A DNA stretch of 64,000 nt. It comes from Nitrosopumilus sp. GTDB lineage: Archaea > Thermoproteota > Nitrososphaeria > Nitrososphaerales > Nitrosopumilaceae. The translations under genes were made by a program, and so were the position numbers. The notes under the pieces are model-generated. The model saw nothing but the letters and a program-made list of their open reading frames with translations, had not been told where the DNA came from and made no database searches. Of this stretch, positions 40,196 to 50,817 are shown piece after piece (the stretch's first letter is position 1; each line of letters opens with the position of its first letter). Location of the stretch: positions 2,231,849 to 2,295,848 of the forward strand of contig CBDBLX010000002.1 in assembly GCA_965207445.1 (NCBI GenBank). Reading direction: 5' to 3'.

Positions 40196-40899
40196 TTATA
40201 ATTTTTAATCAATCATTTACAATGTCCCCATCACTTGTGTAAATCAGAATCCATACAACGAGTCACATCAATTGTTCAACTGTCCAGTAATGTGTAGAAA
40301 AATAACAGATACAGCATCAGAATCAGAATTTGACAACAACGCATGGTCAACTCTTTTTATCCAATTGTATGTATAGTTCAGCCAATCTCTTTTAATCATT
40401 AATATCAAAGTCATCTCCAGAGTACGTGGTAAAACTAGTAGTTACTAACTGATAGGTACGGTGGATCAAAGTGCACAAAGTCACACTTTTGTACATTGTC
40501 AATTATTTTGTCAAAGTCACTATTTGATATGCATGGCAATTAAAACAACGATCAAAAAGTTTTTGATCTTTTATTCCCATTTATTGTTCCTGATCCATCA
40601 ATGTTTGTCTATGAAATTTTCAATTCTTTATTTGAAACACTGCGCATCATGTGTATTCAACATATCATTGACGCGACATACATTCTATGTTTCTACTATA
40701 GTGGAATTTACATATCTGTCAATTGTAACATTAAATTTACCCCCGTGTACAAAATCGTGGTCGGGTACAAGTTGAGTCTGCTCTTTCACACATTACATGA
40801 TTTGACTTTTAATGAATATGATGAAAATGAACATTTTATAATAAAAATATACACAATATCAAAAACAATATAGAAAATGAAAATAGGGTGGGGAGTTGT

Positions 40900-41550
40900 C
40901 TAGTCCCACTTTGACCAAGCAGCCATCCATCTATACGTCCACGTATTGAGTTTACAACCCAACGCTGCAAACGTACACGCCAGCACCGCGCCAGCACCAG
41001 CGCCCAAGGCAACTGGACTATTGTAGAACTTGCCTACCTGCGGTTCTATCGGAGTCATATATGGAGGTAATGTCGGTCTCGGGTATTTGAACGCCGTCTC
41101 TAGCGGATCTGCCACTGTAATCAAGTTTACCATATTGAATAATGGCAGTGACATTCCTACCAGTACACCGCCAAACAGTATCAGCGAGTGTTTATTCTTC
41201 TTTGTCGCCCAGTATACCAAATCAAGCAACATTGCCGATGGTAACCAAACAGGGGTGACAATAAAGTCATATGGATATCCAAGTGCAAACCATGCACCTT
41301 TGGCGACCCATGTATAGACGGTCATGATCAACGCGTAATACGTCGCAGTACCTGGAACACCTGTAAATGTAAGATAGTATGTAGCACCTACTACAAGCAT
41401 CAACGTTTGCGATATAGAGAATACCGTATACGATGTCCAAGCCCAGTCAGTATAGAAGATGTAATCTCCTGCATTAATCGTCAGCAGTGTAGAATTAACT
41501 GCAACTACTACTATGAACAAGTAGTGTGTACATCGTCTTAACCAGACCAT
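40900..41550 (-). CDS. amoA: Ammonia monooxygenase subunit A
   Basis: MVWLRRCTHY...AGDYIFYTDWAWTSYTVFSISQTLML...WTYRWMAAWSKWD, 216 aa, Nitrosopumilus-type. Confidence 0.99.
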   Translation of the reverse strand: MVWLRRCTHYLFIVVVAVNSTLLTINAGDYIFYTDWAWTSYTVFSISQTLMLVVGATYYLTFTGVPGTATYYALIMTVYTWVAKGAWFALGYPYDFIVTPVWLPSAMLLDLVYWATKKNKHSLILFGGVLVGMSLPLFNMVNLITVADPLETAFKYPRPTLPPYMTPIEPQVGKFYNSPVALGAGAGAVLACTFAALGCKLNTWTYRWMAAWSKWD

Positions 41551-41659
41551 TAAATCTAGAGGCTAATTATAGGTATATAAAATTTTAGAATTGATAAAAC
41601 AGATTTAGATGATCATAAATAATTGAAATGAAAAAGGTGGAAGGTTTCCCTTCAGTAGG

Positions 41660-42025
41660 TTATCCGCCCTCAACAAACAGAGATATTGCAACCGTTCCTG
41701 CTGCTACAGCGGCAATACTACCTGCCACAATACCATTACTGTTCTTGTTTGAGCCTTCTTCCATGACCTTTACACAAAAGATGTAACCTATTGCTTCGAT
41801 GATTGTAAGTACGATGAATGCAAAATGGCCGCTCGGGGTTGGATATGCCCATGGATAATAGTAATATCCTGCTGCCGTACCACCAAATGTTGCCAACCAT
41901 GCTGCCCAGAATGAGATTGTAATCAGACCAGTCATGTTTTCAACGCGTTTCCCAATCATTCGTTCTACATCGGCGCTAGATGAACCACCTGCGCCGCCAG
42001 AACCGAATCCCTTTGGAAGAGTCAT
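41660..42025 (-). CDS. amoX: Ammonia monooxygenase subunit X
   Basis: MTLPKGFG...YYYPWAYPTPSGHFAFIVLTIIEAIGY, immediately upstream of amoA. Confidence 0.92.
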   Translation of the reverse strand: MTLPKGFGSGGAGGSSSADVERMIGKRVENMTGLITISFWAAWLATFGGTAAGYYYYPWAYPTPSGHFAFIVLTIIEAIGYIFCVKVMEEGSNKNSNGIVAGSIAAVAAGTVAISLFVEGG

Positions 42026-42889
42026 TAATTGTGGCTATCTTACAATGTTTTTAAGTCTTTCTTAGAACGATTTTATCTAAAAATTCCCCGCATACAAAGC
42101 AGACATAATAAACAAAAGCTGTCATGTGTGTATAGCTAGTACAACTACTGCAAAGTACATTATGCAAACATGTGTGATTTCAAAATAGTTATGAAAAATG
42201 AATCATGATAATTAAATATTCAAAATACAATCTGTCTGTCAATTCTCATGCAAATGCAATAACATGTAGTCCACGATTTGCGCATGTTTAAAACGCATAT
42301 GAAAAATTACCTCAAATGTAACAATCTCTATAAACGATTCAAAATACGTGACTAGAAAATATGAGCGTTTTAAAAAGTAAAACTTTAGGTGTCATAGTAT
42401 TGGCAATTACTGTGTGTACAGCCATTCCCACCACATGAGAATATAAAACACGGCACAAATAGAGGCCGATAAAATTGCATTGATGATAATGGCAAGTATG
42501 GTGAACAAAGAGACAGATGGCATGTATAGTATTTTACAATGTATAATTAGAATGTCCACTAATATACAAAACAATCATCACATGTGTACCGTTAGATTCG
42601 TAAGATATTTTCTAATCACAATACATAGAATGAAGTATGTTATAAAATGCATACACACAGATACAACAAAACAATAATGCGCGGGATCTTGACAATTGCG
42701 TATTCTACAGTTGTTTTCATATTTATCATCATACACCCATTCATGATCTAAAAACAAGAATCAAACACTTTAAAAATTAACTGACATATTTGTATTACAA
42801 TTTATCAATTGTAATATTAAATATGATCAAATATATGATACATCATGTGTAACAAAAGCAATATTAAAACACTTTAGGGCGATTGTATT

Positions 42890-45499
42890 GTGAGCTTCAA
42901 CACCAAACTTGTATCAGTAGGTGGACACACCCTCAGGTATAGACACCTGTTAGTTATTGCTATACTTGCCGCATCTGTTGCAATTGCGTTTTTAATACGT
43001 GCCCAACCGGTCCAGTATGGCTTTGAGCTCAACGAGTTTGATCCATTTTTTAATTATAGAGCAACGCTCTACATGGTAGAAAACGGCATACCAGCATATT
43101 ATGAGTGGCATGATACCATGAGTTGGTATCCAAATGGTAGGGATATATCGGCCACATCACAGGTGGCACTGCACATAACAGCAGCAATTACGTATAGTAT
43201 GTTTGAGGGGATAATGTCTGTTTATGATTATACTATAATATTTCCCGCCATATTTGGAGCATTTACAGCAGTGGTGCTATTTGCACTAGTTCGAGTCATA
43301 GGCGGCACAACAGCAGGATTGTTTGCAGCAATGTTATATTCAATATCATTGCCAATTTTGGTCAGATCGCCTATTGGTTGGTTCAAATCAGAACCATTTG
43401 GCCTGTTTTTGAGTATACTTGCCGCGTATTTGTTTGTAAGCGGGCTGTATTCTGCAAACAAAAGTGTGGCAGCAGCTAGATTAATAGCAGCAGGACTGTT
43501 CGTATCGACTTCTGTATCTGCATGGGGTGGAAACATATTCTTTGTCATACCCATAGGCATACTATTCTTAGCATTACCATTTTTGCGTAAAGATCACAAT
43601 TTTTTGATATGGGCAATACCTCTCTTTGCAACATCTACACTTGTAACATCATTTTTGTTTGAGAGAGGTCTTGCATCAACGCCGTTGGCAGGAATTGCAC
43701 TAGTTATGGCAGCTTGTGTTTTAGTTGCATGTTTACTAGTACAAAAAAAGAGTACTCGGCACAAAACAAGAAATGGATTGATATTCATAGGTGCGGCGAT
43801 GGTCGTGTTATCTACAGGTGCCATTGTATCTGTTGAGAGTGGGATTATAGGCATTCCAGAATATAGATATCTCAATGCGTTGAATCCATTTTTGACTACA
43901 GAGATACCACTTGTAGAGTCTGTATCTGAGCATGCAACCACTACATTACCACAATCATTTTTATTCCATTCAGTATTGATGATATTTGCAGGAATTGGGA
44001 TATGGTTAGTTGCAAGAAAACTGACAGAGGATCGAAAACAGATTAAAGATTATATTCGACTTGACATGCTTGCATTTGCGCTTATTGTGAGCATGACGGG
44101 CGTATACATTAGCTCATCATATGTTCGTCTTGAAGTATTTGCTGCCATATCTGTTATTACAATGGCATCATTAGGATTGTCCATGTTATCAAAAGAGTTC
44201 TTTGCACAAAGTAAATCAAACTTGTATGGAAATGGTGTTGTGGCAGACCATGCACAAGATGAAAAAGAACCCATGGTAAAAGATGATGTGTCGTACAATA
44301 GTGGTGGTGGGAGTAATAGTGGTAATAATAGTAATAATAGTAATAATAATAATGATCATAATAATAACCGTTCATTGCCATCAAAAACTGCACGTGCCAA
44401 AGTATCTTCTCGTCGGGGGCATCACTATTCTACAACACATGTAAACACATCAAACATGAAAAGAGTAGTCTCCGGCAAACTTAGTATTTCATTTATGGTA
44501 GGAATCGTCGCTTTATTGTTGCTACCTTTGACATATTCTGTAGTCGGATCAGCAGATGTATTTTCAATAACAGATACACCACCCACCATACTTACTGGTG
44601 GCGCATCATTTGCACACCCTACAAATGATTGGCTTGATGCACTGTCGTGGATTAAAAATAGTACACCACCTGATTCAATCATTGCGTCTTGGTGGGACTA
44701 TGGATACTGGATTAGCACAGTAGGTGAGCGTGCATCGCTTGCAGACAATGGTACACTGGATAGTGATCGTATAGAGAAACTGGCCGACATGTTCATAAGA
44801 TCACCTGATGAAGCATGGCAAATACTACAAGAACTGCAAGCTGATTATATATTGGTGTTTGTAGCAGGGCAACTACTCCCAAGTGACTCTCCCACACCAT
44901 TGTATACACTTCAAAACGGAGGTGACGAATCCAAGAAACAATGGTTTATGAGAATAGGTGGTCATGATGTTGAGTTATATCTACACATGGATGGAATAAG
45001 TGGTACTGAATACTTTTGGGAAAATACCGCAGTGGCTCATCTATTCCCATTTAGTGTCACGACATATGTGAATCCAAACAACCCTGCACAACAGTTCCCA
45101 ACATACGTTCCTGGGTCAGTTCCAATATATCAAAAAGACATCAAATATCCTGCTGATGGAAATGGGCCGTTTAGATTAGCATACTCTTCACCATCATTTA
45201 ATACAGAAGTGCCAGGTCCGATGATTGGCATATTCATATATGAAGTAAATGGAGAATACGATCCTGATGCAGGAGTTACAGCAGAAGATACAATGATTGA
45301 CTTTGATATGATAATGCAGCAACAGCAGCAGCAACAGCAGCAATCAACCAATACACAAGAAGATAATTCTCTTGATGACAATACTGCACAGGACAACATC
45401 ACTAGTAATATCACATCTGAGGGTACAACATCTGAGGGTACTACATCTGACAACACACAACAAAATACCACAAGTGCACCACCATCACCGACCCCATAA
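42890..45499 (+). CDS. aglB: Oligosaccharyltransferase STT3/AglB
   Basis: EFDPFFNYR, SWYPNGR, SVSEH, SWWDYGYWI, ADNGT; multi-TM N-terminal half. Confidence 0.95.
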   Translation: MSFNTKLVSVGGHTLRYRHLLVIAILAASVAIAFLIRAQPVQYGFELNEFDPFFNYRATLYMVENGIPAYYEWHDTMSWYPNGRDISATSQVALHITAAITYSMFEGIMSVYDYTIIFPAIFGAFTAVVLFALVRVIGGTTAGLFAAMLYSISLPILVRSPIGWFKSEPFGLFLSILAAYLFVSGLYSANKSVAAARLIAAGLFVSTSVSAWGGNIFFVIPIGILFLALPFLRKDHNFLIWAIPLFATSTLVTSFLFERGLASTPLAGIALVMAACVLVACLLVQKKSTRHKTRNGLIFIGAAMVVLSTGAIVSVESGIIGIPEYRYLNALNPFLTTEIPLVESVSEHATTTLPQSFLFHSVLMIFAGIGIWLVARKLTEDRKQIKDYIRLDMLAFALIVSMTGVYISSSYVRLEVFAAISVITMASLGLSMLSKEFFAQSKSNLYGNGVVADHAQDEKEPMVKDDVSYNSGGGSNSGNNSNNSNNNNDHNNNRSLPSKTARAKVSSRRGHHYSTTHVNTSNMKRVVSGKLSISFMVGIVALLLLPLTYSVVGSADVFSITDTPPTILTGGASFAHPTNDWLDALSWIKNSTPPDSIIASWWDYGYWISTVGERASLADNGTLDSDRIEKLADMFIRSPDEAWQILQELQADYILVFVAGQLLPSDSPTPLYTLQNGGDESKKQWFMRIGGHDVELYLHMDGISGTEYFWENTAVAHLFPFSVTTYVNPNNPAQQFPTYVPGSVPIYQKDIKYPADGNGPFRLAYSSPSFNTEVPGPMIGIFIYEVNGEYDPDAGVTAEDTMIDFDMIMQQQQQQQQQSTNTQEDNSLDDNTAQDNITSNITSEGTTSEGTTSDNTQQNTTSAPPSPTP

Positions 45500-45600
45500 C
45501 GCTACACTACTAACAACTTGGATTAATTTGAAATATAACTTTAAAAACTCAGATCATAAAATTATCATATACACTAAGCAAATAGAGCACATTATTATTA

Positions 45601-46362
45601 TCATAAAAAACAAGAGTTGTAAAATTGCACCAGTGTATTTTTAAACATTTGATTCAACTCTACTAGCCGCTGTTTGTTAATTGCCAAGGTATCACTATCA
45701 AACCACTCTTTTTTCAGATACATGTTTCTATTCATCTCAATTTGTATCCATGGAACCGGATTATTGCCATATGTTTTTGTAATGTATCCACCTTTAAATG
45801 GTTCATTTATGAAGATTGACTCTCTGTCTAGTGAAAATGACTCTGATATTGCATCTGCCAATTTGTGAATCATCTCATCAGATGAAGTCTTGCCATTTTG
45901 GTTTGAGAGGCAAAATGCAGGTCGCTCTTTATTGCGTGAGTCAGGTGCAATATCTGGTGCAAATGATGCCATTGAATGACAATCAAAACAGACATGTACA
46001 TCGGACTCTGTAATAGCGCTTTGAATCTTTTTATGATATGGCATATAGTACAATTGAATTAACTGTTTAATTATATGCTCATCTAGTTCTTTGTTGTAAA
46101 TCTGTTTTTTATAACATGTTGCACTCTTGATTACACCATCTAAATTTTTTGGCGGCACATCACACAATGACCTATTCAGATCAACAAAGGGCCTTGCAAT
46201 ATCTGTCTTGATTACTTTTAAAACCACATCTGTATCATATATCTCATTTACATACGGATCAAAATCATCGAATTGATCTCTTTTTGTAATACACACATAT
46301 CCATCTAGTTCTTTTGGGACTAATGTTCCACCATGTGGAATAGACAAAACTATAGGTAGCAA
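45601..46362 (-). CDS. N-formylglutamate amidohydrolase-family protein
   Basis: SIPHGG, RPFVDLNR, YYMPYH, DCHSM, NEPFKGGYIT, IQIEMNR. Confidence 0.9.
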   Translation of the reverse strand: MLPIVLSIPHGGTLVPKELDGYVCITKRDQFDDFDPYVNEIYDTDVVLKVIKTDIARPFVDLNRSLCDVPPKNLDGVIKSATCYKKQIYNKELDEHIIKQLIQLYYMPYHKKIQSAITESDVHVCFDCHSMASFAPDIAPDSRNKERPAFCLSNQNGKTSSDEMIHKLADAISESFSLDRESIFINEPFKGGYITKTYGNNPVPWIQIEMNRNMYLKKEWFDSDTLAINKQRLVELNQMFKNTLVQFYNSCFL

Positions 46363-46367
46363 TGTTT

Positions 46368-47996
46368 TCAGTTCAGTCCCTCTGATATACCATCACGTCT
46401 AATCTCAGAGACGCCTTGAAATCCATCCCTAGTTTGCATTTTCATTACCGCATGAATCGCACCTAGATAAAATGAGAAACGCTCTCTACGATCTATTGTA
46501 TAACCCATCTCTTTGAGATATTTTGTATGTTTCACCCAAACATCATCACACTCAATACTAATTTTTCCATCCAATGAACAGTGCATTCTGGGCGCCATCA
46601 TCGCATCACCCATAGAATTCCCCCCATCAATTATTCTACTAATAAAATGACTAATGACTGAAAATATCCTTGCACTTCCAGGACTACCCACGACAATCCA
46701 CGGTACATGATTATAAAATATTATCGACGGGGCAACTGATGTCCAAGGACTTGCATTAGGTCTTAGGTAAAATGGATGATTTGGATTTTCAAACTCAAAT
46801 GCTGACATGTAATTATTGTACAAAAACCCCAACCCATCAGCTGCTACCTTTGAGCCATACACAAGCTCAATTGACTGTGTTATACCTACAGCATTCCCAT
46901 CTTTGTCCATAACTGAGAGATGTGTTGTATCTTCTACATCTGGTACATCATGCAGCGGCAAACTCGGATCAATGACATTTTTAATCGACTCTGTTAATGA
47001 TTTTGCAAATCGTGTACTCAGATGTATCTTGTCATCTACTTGATGATATGTAATTGGATCAAATCGTCTCTGTGTACGGTATAGTAATGCCTTGCGAAAT
47101 GTCTCTGCTAGAAAATGATAAGAAACAAAACTCTGGCTTGTGACAAGTGACGGTTTTAGATTTTTTAGCATCATCAATACAAGTAGCATTGTGTCGCCTG
47201 CTGCAGGTGGCGGCATTGTGTATACTTTAACACCTCGATACCGTTTACTTAATGGTAATCTTTCTACAGGTATTGGTATAAGCATTAAATCCTCTTTTCT
47301 CAAGAGCCCATTGTTTAGTCTCATATCCTTGTCAATTATAGTAGATATCATACCATGGTAAAACGACCTATATCCATGTGTGGCCAACATATCTAGTGTG
47401 TTTGCTAAATCTTCTTGTACAAATAACTCACCAGGCTCATAGGGTACTAGTCCATCTTTTAAAAAGTATCTAGCACCTGACCTCGGCTTAACTTTGAGAA
47501 ACTTGTGTAGATTCTCATGTTGCAGACGACTTTGTAGATCAGTTATACGGTACCCATTTTTGGCAATACGAATTGACGGTTGTACTATATCGGACCAATT
47601 TAAAACTCCATACTTTTCATTCATGTATCCTAGTGTTGATATCGTACTAGGAACAGTAGTTGCTTTGTATCCTATTAGTCTCTTTGAGCGTTTGTCAAAA
47701 AGCGACATGTGTGCAAGAGATGGTGCACGACTAGAGCCATCAATTGATATGGTCTTGCCATTTATGTGAATAATGGCAAGTGATTGGCCCCCTATTCCTG
47801 ATGCTTGAGGTTCACATACACCAAGAGCCAATGCAGTAGCACATGCAGCATCTATTGCATTTCCACCTTTTTTAAGCATTTCAAGCCCTGCTCGAGTAGC
47901 GTTTGGAAATGCACTAGACACCATACCGTTTTTTGCAATGGTACATTTTTTGTCGACGGTTTGCTTGAATGAATTCTCTATTTTGGATATGTCCAA
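46368..47996 (-). CDS. ggt: Gamma-glutamyltransferase-family Ntn hydrolase
   Basis: GGNAIDAA, EPQASGIGG, DTTHLSVMDKDGNAV (Thr nucleophile), GSPGS, APRMH, RRDG. Confidence 0.92.
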   Translation of the reverse strand: MDISKIENSFKQTVDKKCTIAKNGMVSSAFPNATRAGLEMLKKGGNAIDAACATALALGVCEPQASGIGGQSLAIIHINGKTISIDGSSRAPSLAHMSLFDKRSKRLIGYKATTVPSTISTLGYMNEKYGVLNWSDIVQPSIRIAKNGYRITDLQSRLQHENLHKFLKVKPRSGARYFLKDGLVPYEPGELFVQEDLANTLDMLATHGYRSFYHGMISTIIDKDMRLNNGLLRKEDLMLIPIPVERLPLSKRYRGVKVYTMPPPAAGDTMLLVLMMLKNLKPSLVTSQSFVSYHFLAETFRKALLYRTQRRFDPITYHQVDDKIHLSTRFAKSLTESIKNVIDPSLPLHDVPDVEDTTHLSVMDKDGNAVGITQSIELVYGSKVAADGLGFLYNNYMSAFEFENPNHPFYLRPNASPWTSVAPSIIFYNHVPWIVVGSPGSARIFSVISHFISRIIDGGNSMGDAMMAPRMHCSLDGKISIECDDVWVKHTKYLKEMGYTIDRRERFSFYLGAIHAVMKMQTRDGFQGVSEIRRDGISEGLN

Positions 47997-48002
47997 CTTT
48001 TT

Positions 48003-50183
48003 TTACGCCTCATACTTTTCTGATAGTCTATTTAGTACGAGTGCCAATAGTGTGGACTTGTCTATCATACTGTTAGTATAAATATGCTCATTTGGGGTTC
48101 TAACATCTATTCCTACAGGCCCCATACTTCCGATCATCGGTACACATGGATCTATATCCCCTAGACTAGAGGATGCATACCGGTGCTTTGATGATATTTT
48201 TATATCCGCTTTATTTGCAATATCATATATGATGTCATAAAATTGCATTGTCTCTTTTGATACTTCTACAGGATTTCGGGTCACTTGTTTTGTAATGTGT
48301 ATGTCTAACTTTGTCTGGTCACTCTTTTTTGCAATTTTGTGTAGTTCTTTGTCAAATTCATCTCCCTGCGATTTTGTAATGTATCGGGATGTCAGAGATA
48401 TTGTTCCATAGTCCGGTGACTGCCCAAATGATGTGTTTGCCTTGAAGCTTGATATTGAGATTCTAGCATTGTTGTGTTTATTTGATATTTTTTTCCACGC
48501 AGATACCTTTTTGCACATCTCAGGTATCACATCTTTATTAGTCTCATTTGCTCTTCTGATGTGAGTCATGTCAATGTGATATTTTGTAATGCCAGAACAT
48601 GATGTAGCAAGTCCATTTTCCTCTAATCCAGATTTCATGTCAAGTACATATCTTGATATCTTTGCAGTATCATGTACCAATTTTTTACTAAATCGTCCAC
48701 CTAAACTATCATCGCTGATGAGTAGTATCCCACATTTGATCGTTCGTAGTTTTCGTGCATAACGAAGAGCTTGAAGAGCAGACAACATCACTATCAAGCC
48801 GCCCTTACTCTCTGCCACACCAGAGCCGTATATCTTGTTTCCAATCTTGTGATAGGGGGCAAAATCCTGATTAGAGTACCATGTGTCCAGATGACTCACA
48901 ATCAGTATATCATTTTCACTAGAGTTATGATTTGTACAATATATCATAGACCCTACATCAAATTCAGAATACTGTTGTATGTGAAATCCCATATGCTTTA
49001 GCCGCTTTGATACTAGCACACCTAACTTGTTTACATCCTCTAAATTATACACACTAGAGTTAATATTTACAAAATGCTCTAGTAACTTTTCATTTGATGT
49101 TTGATGTGTTCTCAAATAGCTTCGTATAATAGAACGTAGGGGGTGTGACTTTATCTTGTCGGAGTTGTCGTGTTCTGGATGTAGATACGACTCTCCAAAA
49201 TATCGGATAGCGGCAGTATCAAATATCTTGTTGATTAGTGAATCATACGTGTATCCAGCAGATTTGGCAGAAGTGTAAAATGAACCGGTTTGACCAAGAC
49301 TTGCCAGTGAGTTTAGCTCCAAGATGTACGCGATTCCTTCTTTGCTCATTCTCAAATCTACACGAGTAAAGTCATTGATTCCAAGCTTTTTAAATGCTAG
49401 AATACATATATTTTGTAAATATTCGGTTTGTTCTTTTGACAAGTTAGCAGGACAAATTTTATCAACAGGGGTCTTTTTTTTATCAGTTATAGTTTGTATT
49501 TTATTTGGATCCCCTAAATTCATCTCAACTATTGGCAATACCTCAATATTTGTTCCATTTCCCAACAAACCTATTGCAAATTCTCTGCCTGCAATAAACT
49601 GCTCTACTAGTATCTCTTGAGAGTATTTTTCCATCTGTTTTTTGACTGCAGTACGTAAATCTGTCCAATTATATACTACTTCCATACCCATTGATGTTGA
49701 TTCCATCTTTGGCTTTACAATAACAGGAAAAGTTAGATCATCAAACGTGTCTTGAGAAGATGAAAAGACCCAAAAGCCTGGTGTAGGTATATTATTTTTT
49801 TGCAATATTAGTTTTGTCATTACCTTGTCTTGAACCACTGCATGTGCCTCTGGTCCAGACCCGACATATGGAATACCAAGCATCTCTAACATTGCAGGTA
49901 CATGTGTGTATCTATTTTGGCCTTGTATACCATATGCCATGTTAAACACCATACCAGGACGCTCCCCTGCCACAACTCGAGGCATGAAATCTTTCATATC
50001 CTCAATAAAGTTCATACCACCTTCGATGATTTTTACACTGTGTCCCCCTTTTTCAAGTGATTTGGCAACTTTTTCTACTGTCTTGAAGCTATAATGCTCT
50101 TTTGTTACCATTCCAAATATGTTAATGACATCACTCTCATCGATTTGTTTTTTGTTATACACGATTGCGACTTTCATGTACAT
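48003..50183 (-). CDS. Ddl-like ATP-grasp ligase fused to an M20 peptidase-like domain
   Basis: VFNMAYG, LEMLGIPYVGS, DKVMTK, FPVIVKP, VEQFIAGRE, RVDLR, LELNS; then SHLDT, IYGSGVAESKGG, TPNE. Confidence 0.88.
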   Translation of the reverse strand: MYMKVAIVYNKKQIDESDVINIFGMVTKEHYSFKTVEKVAKSLEKGGHSVKIIEGGMNFIEDMKDFMPRVVAGERPGMVFNMAYGIQGQNRYTHVPAMLEMLGIPYVGSGPEAHAVVQDKVMTKLILQKNNIPTPGFWVFSSSQDTFDDLTFPVIVKPKMESTSMGMEVVYNWTDLRTAVKKQMEKYSQEILVEQFIAGREFAIGLLGNGTNIEVLPIVEMNLGDPNKIQTITDKKKTPVDKICPANLSKEQTEYLQNICILAFKKLGINDFTRVDLRMSKEGIAYILELNSLASLGQTGSFYTSAKSAGYTYDSLINKIFDTAAIRYFGESYLHPEHDNSDKIKSHPLRSIIRSYLRTHQTSNEKLLEHFVNINSSVYNLEDVNKLGVLVSKRLKHMGFHIQQYSEFDVGSMIYCTNHNSSENDILIVSHLDTWYSNQDFAPYHKIGNKIYGSGVAESKGGLIVMLSALQALRYARKLRTIKCGILLISDDSLGGRFSKKLVHDTAKISRYVLDMKSGLEENGLATSCSGITKYHIDMTHIRRANETNKDVIPEMCKKVSAWKKISNKHNNARISISSFKANTSFGQSPDYGTISLTSRYITKSQGDEFDKELHKIAKKSDQTKLDIHITKQVTRNPVEVSKETMQFYDIIYDIANKADIKISSKHRYASSSLGDIDPCVPMIGSMGPVGIDVRTPNEHIYTNSMIDKSTLLALVLNRLSEKYEA

Positions 50184-50270
50184 TGTACAGTTTACGCATA
50201 TTTACAATTTTAGTGAGGGCTCATCTAGAGTGAGACCGATCAAAACCAAATGCTCAAGGACAAAAGAGGC

Positions 50271-50333
50271 GGCAAGTGTGAGTAAATACAAGCATATAAT
50301 TATATTATTATGTATAAAGATCTTGGTTCATAC
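50271..50333 (-). mobile_element. MITE family B, partial copy 8
   Basis: ...AAAGATCTTGGTTCATAC end plus ~50 bp of interior. Confidence 0.6.
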
Positions 50334-50690
50334 GGAAAATTTAATGTTTACTTTAAAATGTGCATATATTTTATGATCAACAGAAATGTAATACAAATCT
50401 ACTTTTAAATTGTAAAAAATGAACAGAAGTGTTGAATTATTATAAATTAACATGTATGTCTATAAATATTAAAAATTCTAGTTTAACGACAGATCTATAA
50501 GGCGCAACTGCAATTAGTTTTTTAGGTATGGATAAAATGGATGAAAACCAGTGGTGGATTGGCTTGGGAGAAGAGCTTCAAGTGGATATCGAGTCATACG
50601 CTGAATAATTTCTAGTAAATTTTCATCTAAAAATTATACTTGTGAGTATTTTATGGGATAATTTGTAATATAGATAAATTTACAAAAAAA

Positions 50691-50764
50691 AGCCCCGGAC
50701 GGGATCTGAACCCGCGACCTAACGCTTACGAGGCGTTCGCTCTACCGAGCTGAGCTACCGAGGC
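50691..50764 (-). tRNA. tRNA-Thr(CGU)
   Basis: Reverse complement GCCTCGG...AACGC-CTCGTAA-GCGTT...CCGGGGC-T. Confidence 0.95.
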
Positions 50765-50817
50765 ATGTCTCATGAGCATCATCAGAGTTAATAAAAAGTA
50801 TCGACAAATCCCATAGG

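Noticed and set aside
40196..40899. ORFs 40461-40775 and 40601-40873 downstream of amoA
   Set aside because: AT-rich, overlapping and without motifs; no resemblance to amoB or amoC.
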